Positions 36,123-49,259 of a stretch of DNA of 61,334 bases are shown piece after piece. Source of the stretch: Rhina ancylostomus (lineage: Eukaryota); contig JARFYF010000059.1 of the NCBI GenBank assembly GCA_030265395.1, positions 17,263,676 to 17,325,009 on the forward strand, in the 5' to 3' direction. The notes under the pieces were generated by a model. It ran no database searches. It saw only the letters and a program-made list of their open reading frames with translations, and had not been told where the DNA came from. The first letter of the stretch is position 1; the number at the start of each line of letters is the position of its first letter. The position numbers and the translations under genes are program-made.

Positions 36123-38673
36123 ATAAATGTTGCAAACTGGATAAGTTTGTGTGACAAGTTTGTTGAGCATGTTATATCAATCTTTAAAATCTTTCTCGAA
36201 CAACCAGAGGAGCTTGTTTTGCAGAAGATCAGAGTATCTAGCACTGAGGTTATAACCATTTACTTGAATTTAGTAGGATGCAGAAGAATGAATTTTATTC
36301 TTGGCTCTCCAAGCATGGAACAGGTATTGAAATGTTGTAGCTACAATCACCTAATCTCATTATTTCCATCCATTAGTTTAAAATGGTGGTAAAATGAGCA
36401 TGGACTATGCAAGAATTCCATGTGCTAATATAAGCTAATATATAAAGGAGTATTATGTCCAGTTATACAAAGCATTTATTATATTGAGATGCTGCGTCAA
36501 ATAATACTAGGCGGGTTTTTGTTTAACATATAAAGATCTGTTAAACTTGGTTTAACATACATTATGTTACCATACAATGCATACAGGAGCATCTTATCCT
36601 GAATTATAAAACATATTGTCACATGATGTATATAGGGACTTTACACTTGCTTAGGTAAAGTCTGCTTTTATAATGTGAGTACTAGGTTGTTTTTCCTGAT
36701 TAGGTATGCTGTATTCTATACCTGGAAATGTGTGATCCATTTGTTAGGTGTAATGTATACATTACTGTTACCATGCACACTTTAGCTCACCTAGCACCTC
36801 CTATCACTATCAGTCCATAGTTCCACACAGGCCAGAAGTTGGTGATGTTTATCTTGTGCCAGAAGTAATCTGTGAGCCACACACAGGAAACCAGGCCCGA
36901 ATGTTGTCCAGATTCATCTATGTTCAGATATGGACTGACTCTTAACATTATTCATTAGGGTGGATGCTTAGCTAAACTGGAGGTTGGTCAAGCACCAGCT
37001 GTCAGCACATCCAAAGAGAACCTAACATCAGTTCTTATCTTGTTCCAACTCCCTTTTCCTCCTCTTCCACTATCTATTGCAGTGCCACAGACAAAACAGT
37101 GCTGGCATAATTGTCAAATTCTGGAGGATACAACAGTTGACAATTAAATGGAAGATTATCATTAGAGTGTACTACAAAATGCCCCCAGCCCTATCCAGGC
37201 ATCTAATTATTGATCAATGATACCACTGATTCTCTTGATTTTTTCCTGGGAAGCGTATGGCTCTCAATTTGCAATCCTTCAAGGAGCGAGAAAGCATGGA
37301 ATCAAGGATAGTCCTTATTCCCCAAAAAACAGCCATTGTTCTGGCATGGCAGCTGAAAAACACCACAAAGAGCAGACTGCTTCAGAGCGAGAGTTGTCTG
37401 AGCTCCCTGAGTGCAAATTGATGAGTATCAATATCAAGACTTACAGAAGCTGTACATTCAGCAAGTAATAACCCTGTCTGCTCATAAACAGATTGAGTTC
37501 CTTTGTGGAATGTATAATATATCAGTCTACCACTTTATGAACCAAGAAGAAACATGGTAACTGCAAATCCACATGCCCAAATCTTCTGCTTGTTCTAATT
37601 TACACTTTTCTTGAATAAAAATCTACTGTGAAGTTGCATATGCAATGGTGAGGTCAAACCACACATGGGGTATATCTACTGCCAGAACCTGAAATGATTT
37701 GGAGCCTAAGAAGTTTAGGATAATTGTGGACTTTCACTGTTGCAGATGCAGAATTCAAGGAGTTCTGCCTTTAGGTTATGAAAGATTTGTCACCACTTCT
37801 TCTAAAAAACATAGGGTCCAGACATGTTACATTTCTATCAAGTAAATATTGTAGTTTTACTCACAGAAAACCCTTGGGGAGAGACCCTCCTAGTCAGAGA
37901 TATTTCCCCCCTTCCATCTCCACTGACAAGGAGGTTTTGACTTCACATCCTCCTGCTTCTCATGGTCGTGTTGGAAGTCTAGCTTTTCCAACTCAGTAGC
38001 TGGGAGTTATTACATATCCCCTTGCAAATGGATCTTTGACTTCTTGACCAANNNNNNNNNNNNNNNNNNNNNNNNNNNNNNNNNNNNNNNNNNNNNNNNN
38101 NNNNNNNNNNNNNNNNNNNNNNNNNNNNNNNNNNNNNNNNNNNNNNNNNNNNNNNNNNNNNNNNNNNNNNNNNNNNNNNNNNNNNNNNNNNNNNNNNNNN
38201 NNNNNNNNNNNNNNNNNNNNNNNNNNNNNNNNNNNNNNNNNNNNNNNNNNNNNNNNNNNNNNNNNNNNNNNNNNNNNNNNNNNNNNNNNNNNNNNNNNNN
38301 NNNNNNNNNNNNNNNNNNNNNNNNNNNNNNNNNNNNNNNNNNNNNNNNNNNNNNNNNNNNNNNNNNNNNNNNNNNNNNNNNNNNNNNNNNNNNNNNNNNN
38401 NNNNNNNNNNNNNNNNNNNNNNNNNNNNNNNNNNNNNNNNNNNNNNNNNNNNNNNNNNNNNNNNNNNNNNNNNNNNNNNNNNNNNNNNNNNNNNNNNNNN
38501 NNNNNNNNNNNNNNNNNNNNNNNNNNNNNNNNNNNNNNNNNNNNNNNNNNNNNNNNNNNNNNNNNNNNNNNNNNNNNNNNNNNNNNNNNNNNNNNNNNNN
38601 NNNNNNNNNNNNNNNNNNNNNNNNNNNNNNNNNNNNNNNNNNNNNNNNNNNNNNNNNNNNNNNNNNNNNNNNN

Positions 38674-39015
38674 ACCCACCCCAGACATTCTCTCGTCTCC
38701 CCCCCCCCCATCAGGCAGAAGATACAAAAGACGAAAGCACATACCACCAGGCTCAAGGACAGCTTCTATCCCGCTTTTATAACACTATTGAAGAGTCCCC
38801 TAGTATGATAAGATGGACTCTTGAACTCACAATCTACCTCATTATGACTGCACCTTATTGTCTTCCTGCACTGCACTTTATCTGTAACTGTAACACTTTA
38901 TTCTACATTCTGTTATTGTTTCTCCTTTGTGCTACCTTAATGCACTGTGGTAATAAAATGATCTGCATTGATGGCATGCAAAACAGTTTTTTCACTGTAC
39001 CCCTGTACATGTAGC
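38674..39015 (+). mobile_element. Rex1/Babar-type LINE, ORF C-terminus and 3'UTR
   Basis: Translates across a frameshift as HPRHSL.SP.PSGRRYKRRKAHTTRLKDSFYPAFITLL, typical of the Rex1/Babar C-terminus. The 5' part is lost in the gap. Confidence 0.8.
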
Positions 39016-39024
39016 AATTCTAGG

Positions 39025-39567
39025 ACATAGAATAGTATAGCACAGAACAGGCCCTTTGGCCCACGATGTTGTGCTGACATAGCTAATGCCTCCTACCTAC
39101 AGAATGCCTATGTCCCTCCATTTTCCTCTCATTCATGTGCCCTTCCAAGCCCCTCCTAAAAGCCTCCACTGAATTTGCCTCCACCACTCTATCAGACAAT
39201 GCATTCCAGGCATCTACCACTCTCTGAGTAAAAAATTTACCCCTCATGTCTCTTCTGAACCTACCCCCTCTCACCTTGAATGCATGCCCTCTGGTATTAA
39301 ATCACTCAAAAATGGGAAAAAGATATTGCTTGTCCACCCTATCTATGCCCCTCATAATTTTATACACTTCCAACGGATCATCCTTCAGTCTCTGCCACTC
39401 CAGAGAAAAGAGCCCACGTTTGTCCAGCCTCTCCAGATAGCACATGGCCTCTAATCCAGGCAGCATCCTAGTAACCCTCTGCACCCTCTCTAAAGCCTTG
39501 ATATCCTTCCTATAGTGAGGTGACCAGAATTGCATGCAATACTCTAAATGCGGCCTAACCAGAGTTC
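39025..39567 (-). mobile_element. CR1/HER1-type LINE 3' portion
   Basis: ORFs 39302..39535 (QFWSPHYRKDIKALERVQR..TRMLPGL) and 39083..39274 (RGKFFTQRVVDAWNAL). Confidence 0.93.
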
Positions 39568-40189
39568 NNNNNNNNNNNNNNNNNNNNNNNNNNNNNNNNN
39601 NNNNNNNNNNNNNNNNNNNNNNNNNNNNNNNNNNNNNNNNNNNNNNNNNNNNNNNNNNNNNNNNNNNNNNNNNNNNNNNNNNNNNNNNNNNNNNNNNNNN
39701 NNNNNNNNNNNNNNNNNNNNNNNNNNNNNNNNNNTAGAGCAGGATAAAATGTCAGCACAACACTGTGGGCCAAAGGGCCTGTACTGTGCTGTAGTGTTCT
39801 ATGTTCTATGAAAGATGGGGAGTAAGTGGTGAATACTTAAACCATCTGCATCTTGTAAATGAGAAGAGATTATGAGATGTAGATAAGGGGGATATGTAGA
39901 GAGGGATTTAGTATGCATTCCATTGTTGGCCCCAGTCTCTGTGCTGTCTCTGACCACAACCTCTGTGGCAGCCATTTAAATGCTCTAGACCTCTATGGAT
40001 TATGAACATCTTTTAGGGAAGGAAGTCTGACAACCTTCGAGTCTGGGCCTATATATGGTATGTGACTATCTAGACCCACAGCAATATGACAGACTCTTAA
40101 ATGTACTCTGAAATGATCTAGCAAGACACATTTCAGATGAGTTGACCTGCTAAAGTCCACTTCATGAATATTTTGGACTTCTGCCTAAA

Positions 40190-41900
40190 ACTGGAATGTC
40201 ATTTCTCGCATTAGTCAAAGAACAGTCTGACTTAGTTGTGCTCATACAATCATACCTTTCAGTCCACATTACAGTGTCTTTCACAATCCATGAGTACATT
40301 TTGGCCCACTGTCAGGACAGACCTACTAGAGGCAGCAGCATTCTAGCATACAGTTGGGAGGGAATGACACAGAGTGACAACATTGACACTGAAGCCTATG
40401 AAGTTCCATGGCAACAGGTCAAACACAACAAAAGTATTTCCTGTTGATTGCTATCTACGCTATCTACTTCCCTCAGATGATGAATATGTACTCCTGCACA
40501 TTGAACATCACTAAAGAGAGGCACTGAGAGTAATATGGGCACAGCATATATTTTAGTTGGGGAACTTGGCCAGGATTGGCTAAGATGCACTATGATTGAT
40601 GGAGCTGTCTGAGTTCTGAAGAACAGAACTACCAGATAATTTAAAGGAGCTGGTGAGAGAACTAATATGAGGGTTAAATCGACTTGACCATCCCATTCTT
40701 CATGAAATCAAAAACTATCTGAGAACACTGGATACACCAAAAACCATGATAAGATGCCACTGTAGTTCTAAGGACATGCTCCACAACAAGCAGTACCTCT
40801 GGCCAAGCTGGTCACTACAACTTTCACATCCACCTGATAATGTGGAAACTTACCTGGGTATGCTATGTCCATAAAAATCAGGACAAATGCAATATAGCAT
40901 TTAATTGCCCATTTGTCTATATTAATCAGTGGAAAAGTGATAAAAACTATAATTGTCAATGCCATCGAGAATATTTACTCAATGATAACCTGAGCACTGT
41001 TATTCAGTTTGGGTTTCCCCAGGACCACTTGGCTCATAAACCACACTGTAGACCTCAGTGAGCTGACTTCCAGAGGCTAAGTGAGAGTGGCTGCACTTCA
41101 CAGAAAGGCAGCATTTGACCAAGTGTGACATCAGGAAGGTTAAGTGTCATTGAAGTCAATGGGAAATAAGGAAAACATTGGTTGGAGTCACACCTAAAAC
41201 AAGTAAAGATGCTTGTACACTTACTGATAATCTGTTGGATGGTTGAAGGTCAATCATTTCAACTTCAGGACATCAGAGCAATGTTCTGCAGCCAATGATC
41301 TTCAACTGCTTTATCAATGCCTTCAAATGTAAGGTCAGACCTTGGATGCTTATGATGCTAGTGGAATATTCAATTTAATTCACAACTCTTCAGAAAATGA
41401 AGATCTGGACAGCATTCACACATGGACTGATAAATACCCAATAACATTTATATCACACAATTACCAGGCAATAACCACCTCCAACAAGAAGGTTTAACCA
41501 CCTATATGTGACATTCAGAGAGATGGAGAATGTTGAATCCTTTTGAGGGTTACCACTGTAATTGGCCAGTTGCATAAATAATGAACCTGAAATAAGTCAT
41601 TTCTGTGTATCCTATTTGGACTGACTCACCTGCTGATCTTTCAAAGTCTTTCCACTATCTAAATGGCACACTAACAGTGTGATGAGATACTCTACACTTG
41701 TGTATACTGTTCCTATAAAAACAATAAAGGTCAATATTATCCAGGGCAAAGCAGCTACTTAATCATCACCTGACTCTCCACTCTAGATACTCACTCCCTT
41801 CACCCTGCTGTACCTTAGTTGTGGGGTACTGTAGCAAATTTTCATGGCTTGTCAGACAGAACTTCACAATCCTGTGACCCCTACTATCTGGAATAGGAAA
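40190..41900 (+). mobile_element. Degenerate CR1/L2-clade LINE (second family), endonuclease and RT remnants
   Basis: QDRPTRGSS-like endonuclease remnant (ORF 40196..40447) and an AFD.V.H-like RT motif near 41110. Many stops. Confidence 0.6.
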
Positions 41901-44669
41901 CAAAGGTAAATTAAGAACAAGTGATAAAATGACTTTTAAAAACATGTTTATTGCATACAAAAGCCCAATGGCTCTCAATTCCCAGTAATACAGTCCAGTT
42001 AAGTAATACAGGAAGAAGTAAGTTAAGNNNNNNNNNNNNNNNNNNNNNATGCAGTATTGTTTGTTACTGGTAAAGGTCACAGAGGGTGTCTAAATTTCAG
42101 ACTATTCTAAACAATGACATTGAAAAGACAGGGAGGGATTTTAAAAAAATAGAAGTGCTGGAAGGCAGGAGCCATCAGAGGTAGTGTGATATGTTAAATT
42201 CCAAACCCAATGTGCTTGTCTGAGATTTTCTTGAAATTATGTGGACAGTCTGGTTTTTGGAGCTGACATTCCTCAGAAGTGGAGCGTGCACCAGAAGCAA
42301 AGAGGCTGCTGNNNNNNNNNNTGGGCCAGAAACAATGAAAATATTCATTGATTGTCTGGGTGTATCTGAATTAAAGAGGGTGTATATGGCAGGAACCTAT
42401 CAATCTGATGCTTTATTAGGTGTGTCCAATATGGAACATACTTTAGGCGTGTTTGTTCTCACAATAGTTTTTTTTTGTTCATCTCCTGCCCACTCTAAAA
42501 TTGCTGAATTTTATGGCTCGGTTAACTCTGCACAGTGCTTCACTGTAGTGGGGTTATTTATTTATTGGGGGAGGATCACAGTTGATCCCAATTCTGCTCT
42601 GATTGAATGTTCTAAGACAGTCACTTTCCATACAGAATAGTGACTAGATTTAGAGAAGCTGACTGATCTTACTTCCACCAGCTCTGAGGTGCCAAATCCA
42701 ATGCTATTGACCCAGTGACATCTTGAGAATAAGCCAACTCCACAAAGACTCGAAGTCTGACATTAATTCCTCATTACCTGCTATGTCTGGGTGAGTTGCC
42801 TGCTTGAATTATAGCAGTCCCTGCTGTGGTGCTCACATTTTAAGTTAAGGAATTCCTGGATTTTGACCAGCCATGATAAAGGAACAGCAATGTTCATCCA
42901 AGACTGGATGATGTGTTGATATACTTAATAATGAGTCTTGAGTTTTTACTGTTTGAGCTTCAGCACAAATCTGACAAAAATCACTTAGGATTTTTGCACT
43001 GTACTATCTTTTGGGTATTTTTCACCAGATCCAATCAAATCAGGCTTATCCTCTGCAATTTCTAATTGAAGTAATAATTTGGTACATAGATTTTATGTTA
43101 ATCCATGTTCATTCATGATATTGACAAAAATATTAATAATAGTGGAATAGTGGAAATTCTACTAGAACAATATTGATCAATGAATATCTCAACACTTGGT
43201 GAGATATCCCATTTTGTGTCTAATACTTTAAACAAAAATAAAACAATCAATTAATTAAATTACTGCATGAATTAGACCTATGCCCAAAAGTACCTTTGAT
43301 AAAGTTAAACAACTAACAATTTTTATATCTGAAGAGAAAAAGCAGTCCTTCTTTCTTCATCCTGCCAGAAGTACGTTTTGGTGAAGTGTGGGAACCCAAG
43401 ATACCTGAGATTATAAGGAAATTTATGGCAGTGTCCTGCACATTCATCCCAAACTGAAGAGTATGAGGTGGACCAAAATTTTATTTGTCTGTTTTCTCAG
43501 GCATGCTGTTCATGTTCTGTTCTGGAAATGTGGATCGTTTTCAAAGTCACAGTCAAGTTTATTGTCATATGCACAAGTACATGTATACACAGGTCTAATA
43601 AAAAACTTACTTGCGACAGCATCACAATATCATTGGGATAAATTACAAGTTCTTTTTCACTAGTGACAAGCATTGGGCTCAGATGCTGGGGNNNNNNNNN
43701 NNNNNNNNNNNNNNNNNNNNNNNNNNNNNNNNNNNNNNNNNNNNNNNNNNNNNNNNNNNNNNNNNNNNNNNNNNNNNNNNNNNNNNNNNNNTGGGGTGTA
43801 TTAAATAAAGCAGGATGGTGCAGATGGGGACATTGTAAGTTGATCAAATAAAAATTGTTCAAATTATCTTGTTCTTCAGAGGGGAATTTGCAGATAGTGA
43901 TGTTCCAATGAAACTACTGTCTTCTTTTCCAGGTGGTCGTGGTAATTGGTTCTGGAGGTGCTCTTCAAGCAGCCTTGGTGCGTAGCTGCAGTGCATCTTG
44001 TAGATGGTACGTATTGTAGCTAAGGAAGTGAATGTTTAAAAAATACTGGATAGAGTAACATTCAAGTAAATTGTTTTAATTTGGTCAATGTTGAATTCAA
44101 TGTGGAGAGCATTCCATCCCACTCCTGATTTGTGCCTTTATGTAAGCATTTTGGGTCAGTGGTGCCTGCAACAATGTTGATCTTTGGGAAATCAGCAATT
44201 GTAGTGTCAAAGAATGATAGTTAAAAGATATTCAATGATTGGCATTGTGTGACATGAATACTACTTGCCACAAAACTCTCCTCATTCGTGGAACCTGACC
44301 CCTTTCCATCCAACAAGCTGATAATTTCCCTTCCTTGCCAGAACACACAAAACCCATTCTTAGAACCTAAGCCAGAGCATAGTGGCTCACATCAGTTATG
44401 TCTGAACAAAAGGATTAATACAATCCAGGGGGAACTAATTTGACCTATACATTTAATAGTAAGTGGAAAAGACAAAATCGTGGCCTTCAGCACTCATCAC
44501 AAGTTTATTCCTTAGCCATAGGTTACATCTCTGATCTGACAAATGTTTGAAAGTGGGCCGGACTGCACAATATCGGTAATGCATTTGATACTGAGCTGAG
44601 TTTTCAGCCTCAAAGCTGTACTATCACAAAGATACTGTTCTGTCCCCTGGTTCTGCCTCAGCTTTTCTT

Positions 44670-45385
44670 CAGAAACCTTCACCCATTCTTTTGTTATCTC
44701 TATACTTAACTATGCTAATGCACTCCTGACTGGTTAACCTCATTCCATTTTTGGAACATTTAAACTCTACCGCCTTTTGTTCTAATTTGAACTCGCCCAT
44801 CATCTCTCTGCTTGCTGGCCTACACTGGCTCCCAGTTAAGAAACACCTTGATTTTAAATTTTCATCCATGCTGTTCAAATTCCATGATATATCTCTCTAA
44901 TCTATGGCAGTCCTATATTCTCTGCCTAACTCTGCCTATACCTCTGCCTATATTCTTCATTCTGTTATTGCTTTTCCCTTGTACTAGCTTCATGTACTGA
45001 TGTGGTGAAATGATCTGTATAGATGGCATGCAAAACAAAATTTTTCACTATATCTCAGTACATGTGACAATTATTTACTAATTACCAGTCCATTAACTCA
45101 GAGATATCTATGCTCCTCTGCTTCTGGCCACTTGATCTTCTTTGAATTTATTCAAATGAAAGCCATACCTTCAGATGCTTTTGCAATTCCCTCTCCAAGT
45201 CTCTGTGCCACTCTATTTCTATTTCCTCTTATAAGTTCTTCCTTAAAATCTATCTCTTTGATTAGGCTTTTTGTCATTTGTCCTTGTACATTTGCCATCA
45301 TTTTGTTTGCTAGCATTTATGTGAAGCACCTTGGGATATTTTTGCTACTTTAAGTGCACAATATAAATGGAAATCATTGATGTTG
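44670..45385 (+). mobile_element. L2-type LINE 3' end, interrupted by a Rex1/Babar tail (~44950-45085)
   Basis: CTACACTGGCTCCCAGTTAAGAAACACCTTGATTTTAAA = LHWLPVKKHLDFK, the L2 C-terminal motif. Tail GTGAAGCACCTTGGGA...TATAAATG...TGTTGTT. Confidence 0.7.
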
Positions 45386-45859
45386 TTAGAATTGCACCAT
45401 TCAAAACTTCCTGCACAAATATTAGATGTGTTATCTTTAGTGGTTTCCAACCTACATCACACAGATCATATGTTGTAGATCCATTTGTTGTGTAGGGTTT
45501 AAGAATTTGTGATTGTCATATTGTGGATTCCTTACAAACTTATGCTCTTCAATTGAAGCCCAGCCATTCAATGACATTAATGCTTTCTGTGAGACAGAAT
45601 TTGTACAGTGAATTCATCAGACTGTAGCATGTGCCTTTGGAAAATCAAAACTGAAAATACGTTTCTAAATTCCTGTCTGATTTATTGACCAAAAAGTGAA
45701 CTCCGTCTGAATCTTCTCGCAGGAGTAGGTCTAGCTCGGGGCCTTACAAAAGAGATAGACATCAAAGCACACAAATTTAGTAAAGTGGTGGGGGAGAGGG
45801 TGAGGTAGGGAATAGGAGAGTAAGGGTTTAGCTTAGTAGCTACAGAAATACTTGATATA

Positions 45860-46310
45860 TTTGACTACGGCCTGGAAACTAATTGATGGCTTCTTTTAAT
45901 TTATATAAAGAATAAAATAAAGAGTGAGTTTTATAAACTGGAATTATATTGTGAAATGAGTGGTTTAAGCACAGAAAAAAGCTACAGACTAGAATTTAAT
46001 CACGGGGCTTGGAAGGTTTATATGTAGAATAACTGATATCTGGAATAAGCTATAGACTGAAATCTAATCAACAAGTCTGGATGTTTTATATATAAGATAA
46101 TGAATAGCTTGAATTACCTGATGAAACCTAATCATGGGGCTTGGGTGGTTTATACATAGAATAATGGATATCTGGAATGACTTATAGACTGGATTCTTAA
46201 TAAGGAGTTCATGCAGTTTATACTTAGAATGAGTTGATTTCAGGATGGAAACTAAGTGAGGGATTTGGGTAGTTTATACACAGAATAATACACCAGAAGT
46301 GAATTACTGG
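45860..46310. repeat. Degenerate ~65-bp satellite/minisatellite
   Basis: Unit about GGTTTATATATAGAATAA..GATATCTGGAAT...TATAGACTGGAATCTAATC..GGGG, 6-7 diverged copies. Confidence 0.75.
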
Positions 46311-46589
46311 TTCTCCCAAATAATATTACTGAATTGCAGCTGATTTAGACTAAGTTATTTTTTAACTGGCGCATTTTATTCTTGGTATTCATGTCTTGGT
46401 ACACTGTATTTATGGTACAGGGCACATTTGTGTTTGAAGCCATGACACTGTGATATGTCCATTAGATGCACTGCAGTAAGGCTGAAGTGAGTGTGTTCTA
46501 TCTTCACACCAGGTGATGTCCTGCTGAAATCTTAATGGTTCAATCAAATAGTTTCAATCTTTGTAAAATATTAGGATGTGGGTGGGGAA

Positions 46590-46955
46590 TTGGGTTTCAG
46601 CAGGGCTACCGTACCCCTGGGACTTTCTTGAGTAGAGTTCCTTTGCGTTTGGACCCGGGCTTTAATCAGAGACCTTCACTGGGACTGGATATAGTGCAGA
46701 GCCTATTAATGTCTTGGACTGGGATTTGATCTGAACACATTCACTTTGGAACTGGGTTTCGAGCAGACCTCTATCACACCAGGGCCTGGATGTTGAACAG
46801 ATCAAATTCACCTTTTGGACAAGGCCACAAGCAGATCCCACTTACCTCTGGCTCTGGGCTTTGACTAAAGCCCTTTCACCTCTTGGCCTGAGATTTGAAC
46901 TGAGCCCATTCACCTTTTGGATGTTTTTTGAGCAAAGCCCATTTATCACTGGACC
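46590..46955. repeat. Degenerate ~33-36-bp tandem repeat
   Basis: TTGGACTGGG..TT.GAGCAGA.CCCATTCACC-like unit repeated about 10 times. Confidence 0.65.
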
Positions 46956-47060
46956 TGGAAATATTGACTATCCCTTTGCCTCAACAATGCTGCTTGACCT
47001 GCTGAGTTGCTTCAGCAGTTTTTTGCTCCCAGTTCCAGCACCTGCAGTCTCTTGTGTCTC
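46950..47060 (+). mobile_element. Penelope-like terminal-repeat element, 3' part
   Basis: GACCTGGAAATATTGACTATCC...ATGCTGCTTGACCTGCTGAGTT...CTGCAGTCTCTTGTGTCTC (family terminus). Confidence 0.7.
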
Positions 47061-48523
47061 TACGTCTTTACTAGTTCTGTCTGAGTTTGGGATAATCATA
47101 ATACAGTTACTGGGAAATATGACTGAGAAGTGAGCTCACAAGAAGTAAATCCTAGTTTATCATCTGATTTAGACAGGCCATAGGAATGCTTGATGTGGGA
47201 ATCAGAATCCCTTGCAATTGCATGTCAAGTTCAAAGTGGCTATTGTTGACAAATTCAAATGGTCTGGGTCCTCTTTTATCTGAGCCCAGACCTTTTCTTT
47301 CAGTAAGGAATCATTCTCTGCTTATTGACATACATCTCCTCACCCTCATTCTGGAAGTGCAACAGCTGAGCAAAACATTTGGGAATATTGTCCCTGCATT
47401 TATGGTTTAGTTCTAGTCACCAGAAATTCTGACAGTGTCTCATGGCATTTAACAGCCCTGGCATTGCCTTCTGATTACTCTACCCAAACACCAATCTACT
47501 TATAGTTTCAGGGCTCAAAGATTTCACTTTCAACTGATTTGAAAAACAAAAATAAAACACCCAAGGACGATGAATAATATTTTTTATAATTTATATTGAT
47601 AGTCTCCATACCAGCAGTAAACTTCAACATGCAAAATTTACATTTTCATTCATGTTGTCTCAAGAATGCTGTATATATAGCTCTCAAAATATTCTTATAG
47701 ATTATTGACCATATTTGTAGGATATGTTGGTCAGTTGATGTGACTGAAGTGAAAAAGACCAGAAGATTTAATATGCGAGAGAAAATAATGCATAAAAGCA
47801 CAACATGTTCATAATGATATAAAAGTAAGGGAAGCTTTTGCCAAAGAAATAATTAAGGTAAATTCTGAACTAATCTGTAATTGTCATTATTGATTTAGTT
47901 GCAATTTATGGAGACTGAAAGCTTTTGCTTCTCTAAAGTGAACTTCTTTTATAACCAAATATACTTGATTTTGGCAAATGATAATAAGAGCAATAAAAAC
48001 ATTGATCCACAAAAGGAATTGATCTACAAAAAAATCACAATCTGCTTATAGTAAGGCTAGCCAAGGGTTTCATGGGAAATGGGTAATCATATGCTATAAA
48101 TGTAAGAATACGACTTGGCCAAAGGAACTGTTTCTGTGCTGTATCTCTCTATGAATATAACCCATGCCCAGTTCAATGTAGGATTACTAACTGTGAACGT
48201 ACCTTTAGAGATTCCATCATCTGGTCACTGACCTTCAGTTGTGTATAGCAGCCAAATGGCCTTCATTCCTCTCCTGTAGGGAATAAATATTTTCAAAGAA
48301 AATAGGGAGAAAAAATCATTCAATCTCTCAATGAATTTCATCTCAATTATTTGCAGCAATACCTTGGAGATTAATCTGTAATTCTGGAAATGCCACCAGA
48401 ATTGGCATCCCTTCTTGATGTGAAACATATTATGTGGAAGTGCTCAACTGGCTAGAATGGAGCTTAGGATCAGAAAATGATGCAGCAGAAAGGAATCAAT
48501 TAACCCAACCTACCTGTTCTGGA

Positions 48524-48803
48524 GACACAAGAGACAGCAGATGCTGGAATCCGGAGCAACAAATGACCTGCTGGAAGAATTCAGTGGGTTGAGCAGCATC
48601 TGTGGGAGGAAAGAAATTGTCGACATTTTGGGTTGAAAGCCTGCACCAGGTCTGAAGTTGGAGAGGTGAGAAGGCATACTAGCCGTCTCGCCTCTCTACT
48701 TTCAGTCCTGATGCAGTGTTTCAACCCAAAACATTGACAATTTCTTTCCTCCCACAGGTGCTGCTCAACCTACTGAGTTCTTCCCACAGATTGTTTGTTG
48801 CTC
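48524..48803. mobile_element. Fold-back (head-to-head) Penelope-like terminal-repeat element with 11-bp TSD
   Basis: Arms 48553-48675 and 48682-48804 are inverted repeats around loop ATACTA. CCTGTTCTGGA at 48513-48523 and 48804-48814. Confidence 0.85.
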
Positions 48804-49259
48804 CCTGTTCTGGACCTTTTGAGGGAATAATCTGATTAATCCTACCTCTGTATTATGTTTTATTCATTCAAGGAATGTCAGCATTACTGGCAAAACAACT
48901 ATTTATTTTTCATCTGTAATGTCCTTGGTGTTGTTGAACAACATTACACCACTGCAGTCCATGTGGTGAAGTTATACCCATTGTACAATTGGGCAGTAAT
49001 CCTAAAACTGATCACTGGGAAGGACAAATACATACTTCCAGCCCGAAAAACAATAATTCTCCAACATCTCTGCTTCCACTTCAACAGCTTGAATCAGGGT
49101 GTCAAAGCTGCTTTAATCCTGATTTGTAATCTTGCGTACTATGCAGAAATTCATCAACGTTTTGAAGTTCCATATGCAGAAATGTAATCATTTACTTCAT
49201 TAACCCTCTTCATTGAGTGAGCAAGGAACACAATCAATTAAATAGATTTTGCTTTAAGC

